A stretch of DNA of 64,000 bases from Nemertoderma westbladi (GCA_032718475.1 JAUCBJ010005021.1:1-64000); one strand, 5' to 3'. Counted from the first letter of the stretch, positions 1 to 12,186 are shown. Notes: generated from the letters alone by a model not told the origin. Program-made: numbers and translations.

Positions 1-67
1 TTCTCAACGGCCCGATAGCTCCACTAGTTCGGATACTGATGAGCGGACGCCCGAACGCGGAGCGAAG

Positions 68-3000
68 ATGGCGGATAAGGTTTATGATGAGCGGCCAACC
101 TATGAAGAATCAACCGACACCACTTCTTCTCAAGAAGAAAGTGAAGGGACAGCGGAGGGGCCGCGAAAGAGAGATGCCATTGACATCTATCTGTCAGACT
201 ATCAACGCCTTGTAGGGGACGAAGAGTTGAGGAGAAGGCTGGAGGGGCTTAGCCCTAATAGTGAAGGAACCAAGCTTGTGCTGGACGCAATCGATGCGGA
301 AATGTTAGCGGCGAACCAAGCTAAATTTGATGAACAACTCCGCCTGACACGAGTCCAAGAAGAACAAGTAAAGAAAAAACGGATAGAAGATAGAAAGACA
401 GCAGCAGCGGCAGTGGCAGCGGCAGAAGCGGATAGAAAAGCGGCAGAGGCAGCGGCAGAGGCAAAAGCGGCAGCGGCAGAGGCAGAAGCGGCAGCGGCAG
501 AGGCAAAAGCGGCAGCTGCGGCCGAAGCGGAAAGAAAAATAGCAGTAGCAGAAGCAGAACGGAGGGCGGCTGAAGAAACCATCCAATTAGAATTGGAAAA
601 CATTCAGGAGAATCAAGACTGCATAAATAAACAGTTAACAGCTAGTAATATGCAGATGATGAATCGATCTACTCCCAAAAGACAGGGATATACATCATCT
701 GAGGAAGGCGATACCACCGATACTGAAGGCAAAGGAAATAGATCTCGTCTAAGCAGACGTAAAAGAACATTCCACCGTCAGAAATTGCCTGATTTGCCTC
801 CAGCTGTTAGAAGGCAACTAAATAGCACCAACTTAGGCAGTGCAGAACCCACAGACCAAATAATTAAAATAGAAAGACTCCCTACTATAGTAGATGAGCC
901 TGAAATAATTAGGCCTGTTCTCGAAATCACCCCTTCGGTGATAGACACACCTGTGCTCCCTGAAGTTACCTCTAAATTCCCTCTGCATAGCACTAAGCTA
1001 CCTGTGCCCCGTAGAACTGCCCCAGAGACAGTTCAGGTCCTGGACCCCGAGCGAAATATTCATAATTTGTCGCCCGTTGTCCATCGTCCGCCCGCTACAA
1101 CGTTGGCGACTCCCGCTTCGGCGGTCGAATGGGTGGACGAGGGACGGCGGGGGATGGATATCCTGCTCGGGCAGATGCAGGAGACTGTCCAGCAATTCAA
1201 GGGCACAGTAAGGGAAAGTAGGCTAGAGTTGCAAGAAGTGCAGCAAAGTATCGCGCTAGAATGCGATAAATTAGTAAATACTCAAAGAGGTATACCACCA
1301 CCCTCTGTAACAATGTGTCAACCTGTTAGGTCTGAAGTATCTCATGCGCAAGGTGTGGAGCCTACACGCATATATACTGCTAGCGAAGTAGAAACTCCTA
1401 TAGTGAACCCTATTAAGGGTAATTATAGACCTGTTGATAATGATATTCCCTATAGAACTGATCATAATCCGAGAAATTTATATACCGATAATTCGATATT
1501 AAATAACACGATGGCCCAAGAAAGTTTTACGCGTCAAATGGCTAGAACCGAAGCCCGGCAAGCGGTAAAGGTGGGAGAGATCGTCAAGTTCAATGGAGAT
1601 GAGATGAAATGGTTACCTTTTAATGAATATTACAAAGATAACATACAGAACTCTGTACTATCTAATGGAGAAAAACTTAGATACCTCATCGAGTGTTTGG
1701 AAGGATCTCCCAAGTCAATGGCGTTAAAATTTATTGGACATCCAGATGGATTAAGACAAGTTTGGGATACACTAAACATCAGGTATGGTAATAGGACTAA
1801 CATAGCTAGGTATTTATATGCGAAATTAATGGCGCCCCGAAAGTTTCTTAGCAGCGGGATTATAGAGTTTTCCGATGAGATTCAGGAGATCTGTAGACAA
1901 CTAGATTGGTTAGGTAAGTCTCATGAATACCAGAATTCTATGGTTGTAGGAGCCTTAGCATCTACTTTGCCCAAGGGTGGAGTAGGTACACGCTGGGACA
2001 AGAAGGTGTTATATATGATGGAACAACAACGACAAGACCCTACCATGACTGATCTCATGTCATTCTTAGATAGAGAAGTGAAATTACAGCTCCTAAGGCA
2101 GTCCAGAGAGAAGACATTGGAAAACAAGGTAAGTGAGAAACCCGTTTCTAGGAGAAGGGTAACACCAGTATGTTATACCGACGATGGTGAAAGCCAAACT
2201 TCTCAAGGAGAGGACAGCGGGAAAGACACTGACAGATCTTATTATGTCAATAAAATGCCTAAAGATCAGGTAAGTAAATCCGAGTCTCGACCCAATGACA
2301 GAAGGGAACCGGTACAAAAAACCCTTCCTACGTCTCCTAAAAGAATTCAGGTGAGAAAGCCCGAGGAAAGAACAAGTGTGCACCACATAGCACAGGTTAA
2401 AGTAAGTAACATCAAGCCGAAATGTGTGCTGTGCGACGGGCCCCACCGTTTGAATGTGTGTGATAAATTCCTGAGGAAATCACTAAAGGATAGACGTGAA
2501 GTCATGTGGGATAAGCGGTTGTGTTATAATTGCCTCAGACGAGGACACCAACGGCGAACCTGTTACTCCGACGCAAGGTGTGCAAAGTGCGGCACAAAAC
2601 ATCATATCTTGTTGCACACGGAATTCGAACGAAACAGCCCGAGTCAGGTAAGTGAGTCCGAACTACATGTCCAATTCAGTGATGTGAACGACACTGATCA
2701 ATCTGAGATGGAAGGATTCTATACGGACGAGTTCTCCGACCAAAACGAATCCTGTTACCTAATAAACACCACCGCAGTGTATCGAGCACTCGTGCATGAG
2801 AAAGACACAGACAGCGACCTTACCTTAACTACTTCTGATCAACAACCATCTTGGAAAGCGCCAACTTCCAATATAGGAATCCGAGAATTTCCTGTAGTCC
2901 AGTTACGGGTCCACGGACCTCAGAAGAGCTATATAGTGAACGCCCTCCTGGACTCCGGTAGCACAGGAACATTCATCGATAAAGAACTAGCCGAAGTCAT

Positions 3001-4153
3001 CTTTGCTGGACAACCCAAGTTCCGAACCAAGCTAAACATGTCAGGGATCATGCAGGTTTGGAATTCTACTGTAGCTGCCGACTATTATATAGGTGAGTTG
3101 TCCACTCCACAGGATAAACTAGGAGAATACAGTATAAGGTCAGTCAAAATGGTGGCAATAAAGAACTTCGCTACCACCCAAGTGGAACCTTATAATTGGG
3201 ACGAAGATGATCATGCCCAACAACTTAACATTCCTAGATTCGACACCGATTATCCTGGAGTACAAATATTAATCGGTCAAAACGCGCATGAGGCGCTGGA
3301 GACATTGGAGAAACGACCTGCTCAACCGCAACCACTTCAGACCTATGCGGTAAGAACTAGGTACCTTACTGGACCTTCCCGAAGAACGCTCAGAGAAAGA
3401 CTGCTTCAAGATCGCGTCTGCCAAGTGAGTGAATGGGAAGATGATACTAGTGAGGGAGACGACCCAACTGAGGGAACACCATACTCCTCAGATAATGACG
3501 ATATTAGCTCCAATGTAGATCAATGGAGATATTGCCCCAAGAAGTTTAATCCAACTGACATCGCTTCCAGAGGAGCAACTCCTCAAGAACTGACAGATAC
3601 TACAGACCGGTTAGGTGAACCCGACTTCCTGAGTAAGGAGGATGAATGGCCTCCCCATCCTACTCCGACTGAGATTAGACCAGCCAAGGGAGCGGAGAAA
3701 GTTAAACCTAAAACCCGGACGGGTGGAGCGGAGTTATTTGAACCTGGGATAGATCTGTCGGTATTACATATTGCCAGGGACGACGCCGTGGATCTGGACC
3801 TCCCCACCGCGAGTGGATCCTTCATGAAGATCAGAGAGAGCGATTGGAGCTCTGGAACATCAGACGTCTCGCAGGGACTCCCACCTCTCCTGCAGGGAGC
3901 GACGGACCACTATAGCTCCTGGAATCGGCTTTGTAGGGCCGTCGTGTACTTAGAGCGATGTTTCTATCGTCACTATTCCAGGACGAAGAGGAAACCTGGA
4001 ATTGTATTCGGGATGCAGCGACTCAATCACCCAGTCGGTCGTTTGTGTTTACCGGAAGGGAATGGAGGACTCTCCGGAAACTGTGGAAGGCAAGATTCTC
4101 TTCCCACGACCACCTCCCTAATCCTTCAAACATCTAGGGACTCCATAACGTAA
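68..4153 (+). CDS. gag: BEL Gag + aspartic protease polyprotein with RT/RNase H and integrase deleted in frame (frame is open from position 2, so 5'-partial)
   Basis: DUF1759-like capsid (IVKFNGDEMKWLPF), three BEL Cys-His knuckles (CVLCDGPHRLNVC, CYNCLRRGHQRRTC, CAKCGTKHHILLH), protease ALLDSGS, NPTDIASRG remnant and the native C-terminus RLNHPVGRLCL. No YxDD or DDE motifs. Confidence 0.92.
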   Translation: MADKVYDERPTYEESTDTTSSQEESEGTAEGPRKRDAIDIYLSDYQRLVGDEELRRRLEGLSPNSEGTKLVLDAIDAEMLAANQAKFDEQLRLTRVQEEQVKKKRIEDRKTAAAAVAAAEADRKAAEAAAEAKAAAAEAEAAAAEAKAAAAAEAERKIAVAEAERRAAEETIQLELENIQENQDCINKQLTASNMQMMNRSTPKRQGYTSSEEGDTTDTEGKGNRSRLSRRKRTFHRQKLPDLPPAVRRQLNSTNLGSAEPTDQIIKIERLPTIVDEPEIIRPVLEITPSVIDTPVLPEVTSKFPLHSTKLPVPRRTAPETVQVLDPERNIHNLSPVVHRPPATTLATPASAVEWVDEGRRGMDILLGQMQETVQQFKGTVRESRLELQEVQQSIALECDKLVNTQRGIPPPSVTMCQPVRSEVSHAQGVEPTRIYTASEVETPIVNPIKGNYRPVDNDIPYRTDHNPRNLYTDNSILNNTMAQESFTRQMARTEARQAVKVGEIVKFNGDEMKWLPFNEYYKDNIQNSVLSNGEKLRYLIECLEGSPKSMALKFIGHPDGLRQVWDTLNIRYGNRTNIARYLYAKLMAPRKFLSSGIIEFSDEIQEICRQLDWLGKSHEYQNSMVVGALASTLPKGGVGTRWDKKVLYMMEQQRQDPTMTDLMSFLDREVKLQLLRQSREKTLENKVSEKPVSRRRVTPVCYTDDGESQTSQGEDSGKDTDRSYYVNKMPKDQVSKSESRPNDRREPVQKTLPTSPKRIQVRKPEERTSVHHIAQVKVSNIKPKCVLCDGPHRLNVCDKFLRKSLKDRREVMWDKRLCYNCLRRGHQRRTCYSDARCAKCGTKHHILLHTEFERNSPSQVSESELHVQFSDVNDTDQSEMEGFYTDEFSDQNESCYLINTTAVYRALVHEKDTDSDLTLTTSDQQPSWKAPTSNIGIREFPVVQLRVHGPQKSYIVNALLDSGSTGTFIDKELAEVIFAGQPKFRTKLNMSGIMQVWNSTVAADYYIGELSTPQDKLGEYSIRSVKMVAIKNFATTQVEPYNWDEDDHAQQLNIPRFDTDYPGVQILIGQNAHEALETLEKRPAQPQPLQTYAVRTRYLTGPSRRTLRERLLQDRVCQVSEWEDDTSEGDDPTEGTPYSSDNDDISSNVDQWRYCPKKFNPTDIASRGATPQELTDTTDRLGEPDFLSKEDEWPPHPTPTEIRPAKGAEKVKPKTRTGGAELFEPGIDLSVLHIARDDAVDLDLPTASGSFMKIRESDWSSGTSDVSQGLPPLLQGATDHYSSWNRLCRAVVYLERCFYRHYSRTKRKPGIVFGMQRLNHPVGRLCLPEGNGGLSGNCGRQDSLPTTTSLILQTSRDSIT
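400..570 (+). repeat. Ala/Glu-rich coding minisatellite (AAAEAKA-type units) in gag
   Basis: gcggcagaggca-type repeats, expanded in frame relative to BEL-2 40287-40380. Confidence 0.8.
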
Positions 4154-4693
4154 CAACATATGGAGTGGGTGTGTGACTCTATTATTTTATATTATTTTAT
4201 TATTTTTATATTTCTGTATGTATTACTATGTAATTTTATTATAATCGTTTTCTTTAATTTTATTCAGTAGAATGTTATTTTAGCGATTATTTAGTAGATT
4301 AGTGCAATATATATTCGCGTTTATTACTTAATTATATATATATTATATTTAGTGCGACGGCAAGAAATAATTCTTTTCCTTCTTCCTTACTGTCCGTATT
4401 ACATTACAAATACGTAACTACAGTAAGATGAAATGTCCGTACTTATTAAAGTACAATAAAGCCACTACTATATTCAAGTATTATTGGTAGGCAGAGTATT
4501 AGGAATGCAAAGTTCAGATCCTCGTGTCTCGGCTAAACCAAGCTCTGGGTAGACCTTGGAAACGACTTGCCTCTTCACACTGACATTGCTTCGTGCGTTA
4601 TTGCTCTCATACCGTATATTAAATAATACATATAGTAGCGTGATGTCCCTTTAACAGTAGCGTATAACGCAAAATAAATCTGTTAAACCCTTT

Positions 4694-4976
4694 GACCATC
4701 TGCAATTCTAGTCGATTAAGATATCGCGGCACCCACCGATATACTTGAAAGACAAATTTTAGAATCAGTGGTTAACGTCCCCAGACAAGTTCTGGAATAA
4801 ATTGGTGCCCATCTCAAATATTAATTATTTAATATTTGCAAATCTAATAAATCAAATCTGTAAAATTCAGATCCTTCAACAATTCTAGTCAATTAAGATA
4901 TCGTAGCATTTACCGATATTCTTAAAAAGACAATTGTCATAGAATTAAGGATCTTGTGTCCCCAGACATGTTCTGG
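4694..4976 (+). promoter_or_regulatory. Duplicated long hairpin module in the post-pol region of BEL-1
   Basis: Two ~105-nt copies (4694-4795, 4869-4976), each ttctagtc..ttaagatatcg-loop-cgatat.ctt..gac..tagaa followed by a ccaga/tctgg hairpin. Both are conserved in BEL-2. Confidence 0.6.
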
Positions 4977-5817
4977 AATCAAAATATGTCCATTTAATTA
5001 TCAAATAATAAAATTTCAGGGAATCAATTTAAATTCATGCCTTTTTAATGAATTTAATAAATTGCCATTTTTACGCAATTTATAAAGTTCCCAAAATTCC
5101 ATTAATTAATAGATCAAGGGAGCGGAGATTTATCTTATCATGCGTATGAGTGTGTGAAAGTCTCCCAAACATAGTCAATAGCCGATAAAATTCATAAAGT
5201 CATGTATCAAACAGGACATTGACTATTAAAGAATACTATTAAATAATATCCCAGATCTGTATGCATTGGAATTACCCTAATTCTACCGCTAGCTTTGCAT
5301 AATGTCACCATAGCAACAACCACGCTAGAATTAGAATTGAGTTAAAAGAACAATAGAAAGCTTGTCCCATTGAATAACATAGGGAATAAATAGCGCACTG
5401 CTAGTATCCAAGGATACATAATAATACAGTGACATTCTGGAAGGCATTGACTAACGGACAAATGACCCGAATGTGTGATAGAATGTGTACCATTTGTGAC
5501 TGTTACGTGGAATTTGTGCGTTTGTAGGTGAATGTTACTACTAAGGTGTGTTTACAGTAGCTAGTCGCAATCGTAAAAGTAACCTAACTCTCCAAGGAAA
5601 ACCTGAAGTACATCTAAGCCTTTGGGACGGACAGTCGAGTGACTTGTGCCGGTTGTCGTTGTCGTTGTGCGGCTACGTCGTTGGCGAAAGTACAGCGGCG
5701 ACGACACATCGGCGCTGAGGATCTCGTACTGTCCGGGGGTTGATTGGGGTAGGCAGCGACGCCCGCTCGCCTAAATATAAACTCATTACAATATGGATAA
5801 ACTCATATATAGCAGAT

Positions 5818-7200
5818 ATGACGGAGTTGATAGAAGATGGTTTTAGTATCGGGGAGCGATATACTCTACTTTTACAAGTGTTTGTTGATAGCTTAATACG
5901 CGGCGACGTTAGTCCAACTGCTGCGGAGGACGATGGTCGTTATATCGAACCGCCAATGTCCCAAGAGCAGCTCACGCGTGAGTTGGACTATAGAAAATTC
6001 GCTGCTCGATATACGCAGCGTAATGGTACGTATATGGGCTTCTTAACTATTGGCCATTCTATCGATTTACACGATACGGACTATGTCGAACATATCCTAC
6101 CCAGAGGAGTCGAAACGATAAACCAAAATTCTAATGCGAAAATCCTATTCGAAATCGACTCGAAAGAAAAGACATTAAAGAAACAAATAAACGCGGTAAC
6201 TCCAACATATATTTGGAATTCTTGATGGAAGCATTGTAACAACAAATAAATATCACCCGCGTTTCCCCTACCAGACGTGCGTCTTTGGTATTATTACGAT
6301 AAATGCCCTAGACCCAACTAATAAACGGAAAGACATAAACATCCACGGAAACGTTGTGTTAAACACAGTTGTGCTCGTTATATTTACTGGAGTTTCGAGC
6401 GAAACTTGTTTGACGTATCACCTATGCTCACTCGGCTCGAACGATCCTGGAGTAAACCTACGATCAGAGTCCCGGAATACTCGGTCAAACCTCCTCATTC
6501 CTTAGTTGGACCTCAGACCTGCGATCCTGGTGGTGTCGCGGATCCTCGCGGACTGTATTCACTGTTCAAAGATCTAGTGCTACCCTAACAATTAATCGGT
6601 AACACTCCGACAGTGATTTCTAGCTAGCCGCCCATCTTACCTAGCCGGATTGTGACGCGGACACCTAATATCACTATCCAACCGTATGGTCGTTCCCGTT
6701 TAACGCGATACAACCCTTCATCAAGGTGAAGGAGAGCGTTGTATGAAACGAGTTAAACGCTATTCTATAAAGATCAAAAAAGAAACCTGCGTTTGTTCAG
6801 ATAAACGTAAGTTATAACAGTAAGTCCAATCGATAAACGAATTGGCCTTATCTCAGTTCGATTGGGAAATCTCGAATCTCTAAGAAGATATCAAGCTTAG
6901 AAAACCCTATTCTCTGCGAGAGTTTTGGATGAACGTATCCAGCTATGAGCGGAGGAAAATCAGGTCGAGGAGAAGCATATCGAAACGGCGGATACCCCGA
7001 CCATAATCCTACACCTTCTGATGCAATCCTATTGCACCCTTCACCCAGGAGTTATGGCCCTCCTAGTAAAGTGGCTCCCCCCAAAGAGAAAAAGACTCTG
7101 GCTAACTTTAAAAAACTGCGTAAACGCCATCTGCGCAAGAAAGACTAACTGTTTAGAGTATCTTTATATTTTAGAAACTGTGATTTGTTATATTTTATAG
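5818..7200 (+). pseudogene. Degenerate accessory ORF downstream of pol (BEL-1 copy), unknown product
   Basis: Homologous to 48658-50069. Many differences between the two copies are synonymous in this frame. Several stops and frameshifts. Confidence 0.55.
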
Positions 7201-7226
7201 ACTTAAATCCCATTTTCTGGGAGCGG

Positions 7227-8467
7227 TGTAAAAGCTTTTGCGTAATTAGCCGGTTATTATCCCCGTAAAGTACTCTGTGGTTGGTTTACCAGGCATAAAA
7301 AGGCCGTGTCCTTGCTGTACTGGTGTTTTGGAGGACATAAAAGCCATTTCTTCTGTATTTGTACTTTAGAGGACATAATCTGTAATTTCGTGACGTAAAA
7401 AGCTCGATACTCTTGAAAACAGTGTCGCTACCATGACGACGGCTAACGGCTGATATTGCCACGTTGCCCCATAGCCCTGCTTGCTGTATCTGCCAATAGA
7501 ATTTGAGTTGGCTTTGATTTTGACCTATCACAGAGCTACTGAACTGAATTTTCCTATCTCACTGCTCTTTCTCTGTGTTGGACGGGAGCTTCGTGGAATA
7601 AGGGTAGCTGGTATTCTTATAGTTATTCTTATCAGTTTTTAGTGTTGTTGGTGATTCTAAGCCAGGAAGAACGGCTTTAGCCCTACACTAGTAGGCTTAA
7701 TTATAAGGACATATATCCGTTATCTGATGTCTGATCACTGCATTTATCACAACATAACATACCATACCTAATCAAACAACCTGTGCATACTTTATATTGT
7801 TATACTGCTATTTACTGTCAGTTCTTCATAATATGGTTGATGAATTATTATATTTGGAATAACGATAAATAACCCCGAAACCCAATATTCTTGATATACC
7901 GAAGGTAAGAGAGAAAGGTTACATATAACGATTGTGACTTATGTTAAAGTGGTTTGAAGTGAATCTAATGTTATTTGATAGACCCTACATGAGTCAGTCC
8001 GTGTTCCTTTTATATATAACTAAAATCAGTGAAGATCGGCAGATCAGTGTGCAGTATTGTGCAGCATTGTGTATGAGTGAGACTGATAACGAAGCATCTC
8101 CTAAAGAATGCGCCATATATGTGAATTATAACTAAGCCATATCGTTGTGAGTAGTTTAAGTCATAACTCTGTTTTTATAGATAGAGCGCCACGTCCTAAA
8201 GGAACTGTTAATATTCCCCGAAGGTGAATAATATTGTCAGAGATTATATAATACTGTCAGTCGAATAATACATTAGGCTTACATAGCAATAAAATTAAGC
8301 CGTCGAACCCAATCTCCCGGGTATATCCAGCGGGTGAATGATCGCGCACAGATTGGTTTCGACTAGTGTAGTGAATTAAATACTTGTCATAGACTAAAGG
8401 TGATTTATTATCTAGAAGACATCCTAATTTGGCGGGTTAAACTGCCAAAGGTCTGAAAGCACGAACA
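7227..8467 (+). repeat. 3' LTR of BEL-1 (1241 bp)
   Basis: Starts TGTAAAAGCTTTTGCG after the PPT and ends GAACA. The downstream part is similar to the BEL-2 LTRs. Confidence 0.93.
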
Positions 8468-10622
8468 GAAGTCGTCCACATGCTCAAGCATACCATCCTT
8501 TGAGCTTATGCTCATCCAGTCAGAGACTTGCTGAGGACTTTCAAAGTTAACTGTCAAAATTTTGGTCTTTTGGGAGTTAATAAAAAGACCAACACTAGAA
8601 GCAGCCTGTTCTAATGAGCTGAGGAGCCATTGGGCTCCCTCTAGTGATTCTGAGAGTACTCCTAAGTCATCAGCAAATTCTAGATCAGTTAGGTACTTGG
8701 CAGGATTTCCTCGACTTCTGGAGCTAGTAGGTGGAGTTACCATAACCCCATCATCATTATGATGATCTAAGGACATGCGTAGAACATAGTCAGCCACAAT
8801 TATGAAAAAGAATGGCGCAAGTGTGTCTCCTTGGAGGACTCCCCATAATACTTCAAATGGTTCTGTGTCACTATCAACAGTAGACACAAATGTTGTCGAA
8901 CCATAGTATACTGATCTATTGCTGCAATAATTTCATCAGGAATCCCATATAATGACAGTATGCTGAACATACGTGAGAGAGAGACTGAATCAAAAGCCTT
9001 GAAGAAGTCAACAAAGATAACAGCCAGATGCCTGTCTTTCTTCAATTATCCTTCTAAGTACCAAAATGGTCTCCATGGTCCCACGACCTTTACGGAACCC
9101 ATTCTGATTTCCATGGAGCAGTCTCTCAATGGAATCCCTGATGCGATTTAATAGAATTCTATTGTATAGCTTTGCAGCAATCGAGATTAATGAGATTCCC
9201 CGAAAAGAACCATAGAGTTGGGTTGCCCTTCTTGGGAACTGGCACCAACTTATTTTCGGTTCTTTTCAAACTTTTTCATTTCTTGTGGGACTCTTGTTGG
9301 TCTGCACGTGCACCCTGTCATTATTGAGGAGCTTTTCAAAGTGGGCCTTCCAACCATTGAGGCGATCGGCTGGTGATTCTGCCTTAACCTTGGTGGTTGT
9401 TTGGCTTTTCCGCCCAGTAAGCAAGTTGATCGATTTCCATGCCTGGGATGATTGCCTGCTGTTGTCAGCATCATTGATGGCATCAACCTGTTGGTTTATT
9501 AGCTCCTGCAGATTAACAGAGTACTGCCTGTTCAGGGACCTAGATGCAGCCTTAACTGCATTCTTGGCCAATGTAGTCTGTTTGAGTCAGGACTCTTTCT
9601 GCGCTTTATAGAGGTCATTTCGGCACTTCTGAATTTTGTGGTCAGTCCAGGGGGTCCTTTTCCTGTTTCGAGGAACTGTTTCTGCAGCTGCTAACTTAAC
9701 TGCTTCTGTGAAGGCAGTATAGCCCATCTGCCGCCTCAGAGGCAAGAACCTCATACCTGCTGCTCAGCTGTAGTGTGAAGCTGGATCTCACACTTGGCTG
9801 TTGCAACAGAGAGAACCAGTCATGCCGCGTCAAGGCAGATTTCGTTGTTCTGCTAGCACGCAGACTAAGTCTTACCTTGGCCACAATAAGGCAGTGATCA
9901 CTGGAGAAGTGTCGAAGTGTAAAAGCATTACAGTCTTCGATAGAGCTCCTGTATTTCCTACAAAACAGAATATGGTTTATCTGGGACTTGTGACCACTGA
10001 ATCCACTATGAGTCCATAGCTTTCCAGTTCGCTTCTTGAACTGGGTACCAGCCGAAAACAATTCATTTGCTGAGATGAAATCCTGAAGATGGATGGAATT
10101 TCGGTTAACACTATCACTATAGACCCAGGGCGATGTAGGTGATTGATGCAGACTTGTATTAAAGTCTCCCAGGAATGTTAAGAATGCATGCTGATCCACT
10201 CCATCAGTAGCTGCTTGTCGATTGTGGTAGAAATTTTCCCCCTCCTCTACAGGGGCAACACTAGTTGGAGAGTGGCACACAATCAGAATCACCTTAGGAA
10301 ACTTCTTAGCCAGTCTTCCAGAACATGAGAAGTGGCAACGGATGATGTGGTTAGAGATTTGGTCTATTTTGTCGAATGCTGTATGTGCAGTTGGATTCAT
10401 CAATAGACCAATTCCACCATTGCGACTATCATCTGCTGATGCGAGGGCGAGTCACCAACCACCCCCAATGTCCTTAATCAGAACCTCATCAATCTGTCCA
10501 GTCTGCATTCGGTGCTCTTGCATTCCCACTGCACTAAGAGAACGCTTATCTGCCAAGGCAGTCAGCTCACCTTGTCGTATTGGGGACCCGAGTGTTAGGG
10601 TGTTAACTGAGGCTAGTAACAT
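8468..10622 (-). mobile_element. Degenerate RTE-clade LINE (family B), interrupted by BEL-1
   Basis: APE motifs (MQEHR, HSPT, LGDFN, SDH) and RT motifs (FVDFFKAFDS, GVLQGDTLAP, FADD). The RT is cut at LEHVDDF by the LTR. Confidence 0.9.
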
Positions 10623-10959
10623 AGAAACAAAAGTAACATATTGAATACTAAATACAGAAATAATACATGTATGTAGGGTATGGTAAGGGTTGTATGACAC
10701 ACATTTATGTTCAAACAATATTATGGTATAACAAATAAAGGTACAGTACTTTTATTACAGAAATTATACTGAGGCACTGTCAAATTCGGTGGGCCTATAG
10801 AATACAGTAAAATTTTGAATGTATATAACAATAATAATATAGAAAATAGCATAAGAATAAGCATAAGGCTACTGAAGAACTGATATAATGGTAGGCCTAG
10901 AGTATAAACAAACCGCTAATTTAGAACAACTAAAAAATGTGTAAAGTACTACTGTATAG

Positions 10960-11300
10960 AAAACAGTATAAGGAACTTAAAATAGGTAGAGCTTGAAGGA
11001 GGTACCTTGTCAATGTAAGTAGCGGGGCAGCTACTGCATTTGTATTTGTATAAGGTTAGAGATTTGGAGTCACTTGGTAGTTTGTCTTTGAATGGAAACG
11101 CATTAGCCATTCTACTGGCTAAATATATACTGGCTGGCCTAAAAATAAACTTAAATTCACACTGACGATAGGCTCTTGATAATAGTTTGAGTCTTTTGAC
11201 GAGTACATCTGAGAACTTTCCAAGGTAAGGCAGGATTAAAAATACTGGTTTTTTATTTACAGTACTACTGTACATACTTCGGGTTTTGGATTCAGAATAA
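10960..11300 (-). mobile_element. Penelope-like element fragment (linker/GIY-YIG region)
   Basis: LPYLGKFS...FPFKDKLP...LYKYKCSSCPATYI resembles the start of the PLE GIY-YIG endonuclease. Confidence 0.7.
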
Positions 11301-11332
11301 AATATCACTATTGGGGGCGCATACAACAACAT

Positions 11333-12186
11333 TAGTTAATGTGTTCCAAGCAGGAACAATGAATGCGGTTACTGAACGAATTACTTACGGCTACAGTTCT
11401 ACAGTGGCGTTGGTGTAGTTTATATTGGTGGCCCCGGAGGGATGACATTTTGGATCTCTGGAAGAGGCTATCAGTATCCATAGAAATGTGACCGTGAAAA
11501 ATTTTATACACAGTAATTAAATCAATATGCAGACGCCGTAGTTCGAGAGATTCTAATTTGAGGTAGACCAAACGCAACTGGTATTCGGAATGTATATCAA
11601 AATTGCACCTTTTAAATAATCTGCGTGTAAAATACCGTTGTACAGATTCCAGCTTATCGGTAAGTCCAAAAAAGGGTGAAGTTTTGATAAATGGGTTCCA
11701 AACAGCACTACCGCATTCTAATATTGGCCGGGCATATATCTTATAGGCAAATAAAAAAATAGCATCACAATTGTCAGTAACAAAGCACCTAAATAGACAG
11801 TTAATAACTTTATAGCATTATTTTGTAATAGAATCAATATGGTTCTGAAATTATAGTTTGTTATCCATCTCAATACCAAGATCACGAAACGACAAAACGT
11901 TATTTACTAGACGATTATTAATGGAGTAAGCAGCAGCATTAATGTTGGAATTACCCATTGTAAGTACATTGCACTTATGATTAGCGACATTTAATTGCCT
12001 GGTTGAGGACCTATTGGTGAAAATATCTAAATAATTTTGCAAGTTAGTGCGTTCACTAGGGGAATGTAATGACGTGAAAAGTTGCGTATCATCCACATAT
12101 AATCTAGTGCTGGTCAAAGATGAGAAAATACTTGGCAGTTCATTAATAAATAAAATAAATAATAACGGCCCTACACATGAACCTTA
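11333..12186 (-). mobile_element. CR1/L2-group LINE RT C-terminal fragment
   Basis: GSCVGPLLF, LYVDDTQL, KCNVL, RDLG, RPILE, LESVQRYFTR, SLELRRLHIDLITVYKI, LRGHQYKL, FSNRI. Confidence 0.85.

Larger units (their letters stand above)
1..8467 (+). mobile_element. BEL/Pao LTR retrotransposon, non-autonomous Gag-protease derivative (BEL-1); 5' part lies outside the window
   Basis: Gag-protease ORF, ~3-kb 3' region colinear with BEL-2, PPT GGGAGCGG (7219-7226) and LTR TG...CA (7227-8467). An interrupted RTE RT follows immediately. Confidence 0.95.

Noticed and set aside
202-3825. Antisense ORFs over gag-pol (also 40089-46179)
   Set aside because: They are shadows of the sense coding frame and of low-complexity repeats.
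3490-4000. BEL-1 as a spliced retrocopy of BEL-2-type RNA
   Set aside because: The deleted segments lack GT...AG boundaries, and the integrase junction shows short microhomology instead.
4694-4976. Hammerhead or hairpin ribozyme
   Set aside because: There is no CUGANGA/GAAA core, and the AGUC/AGAA words are not in hairpin-ribozyme geometry.
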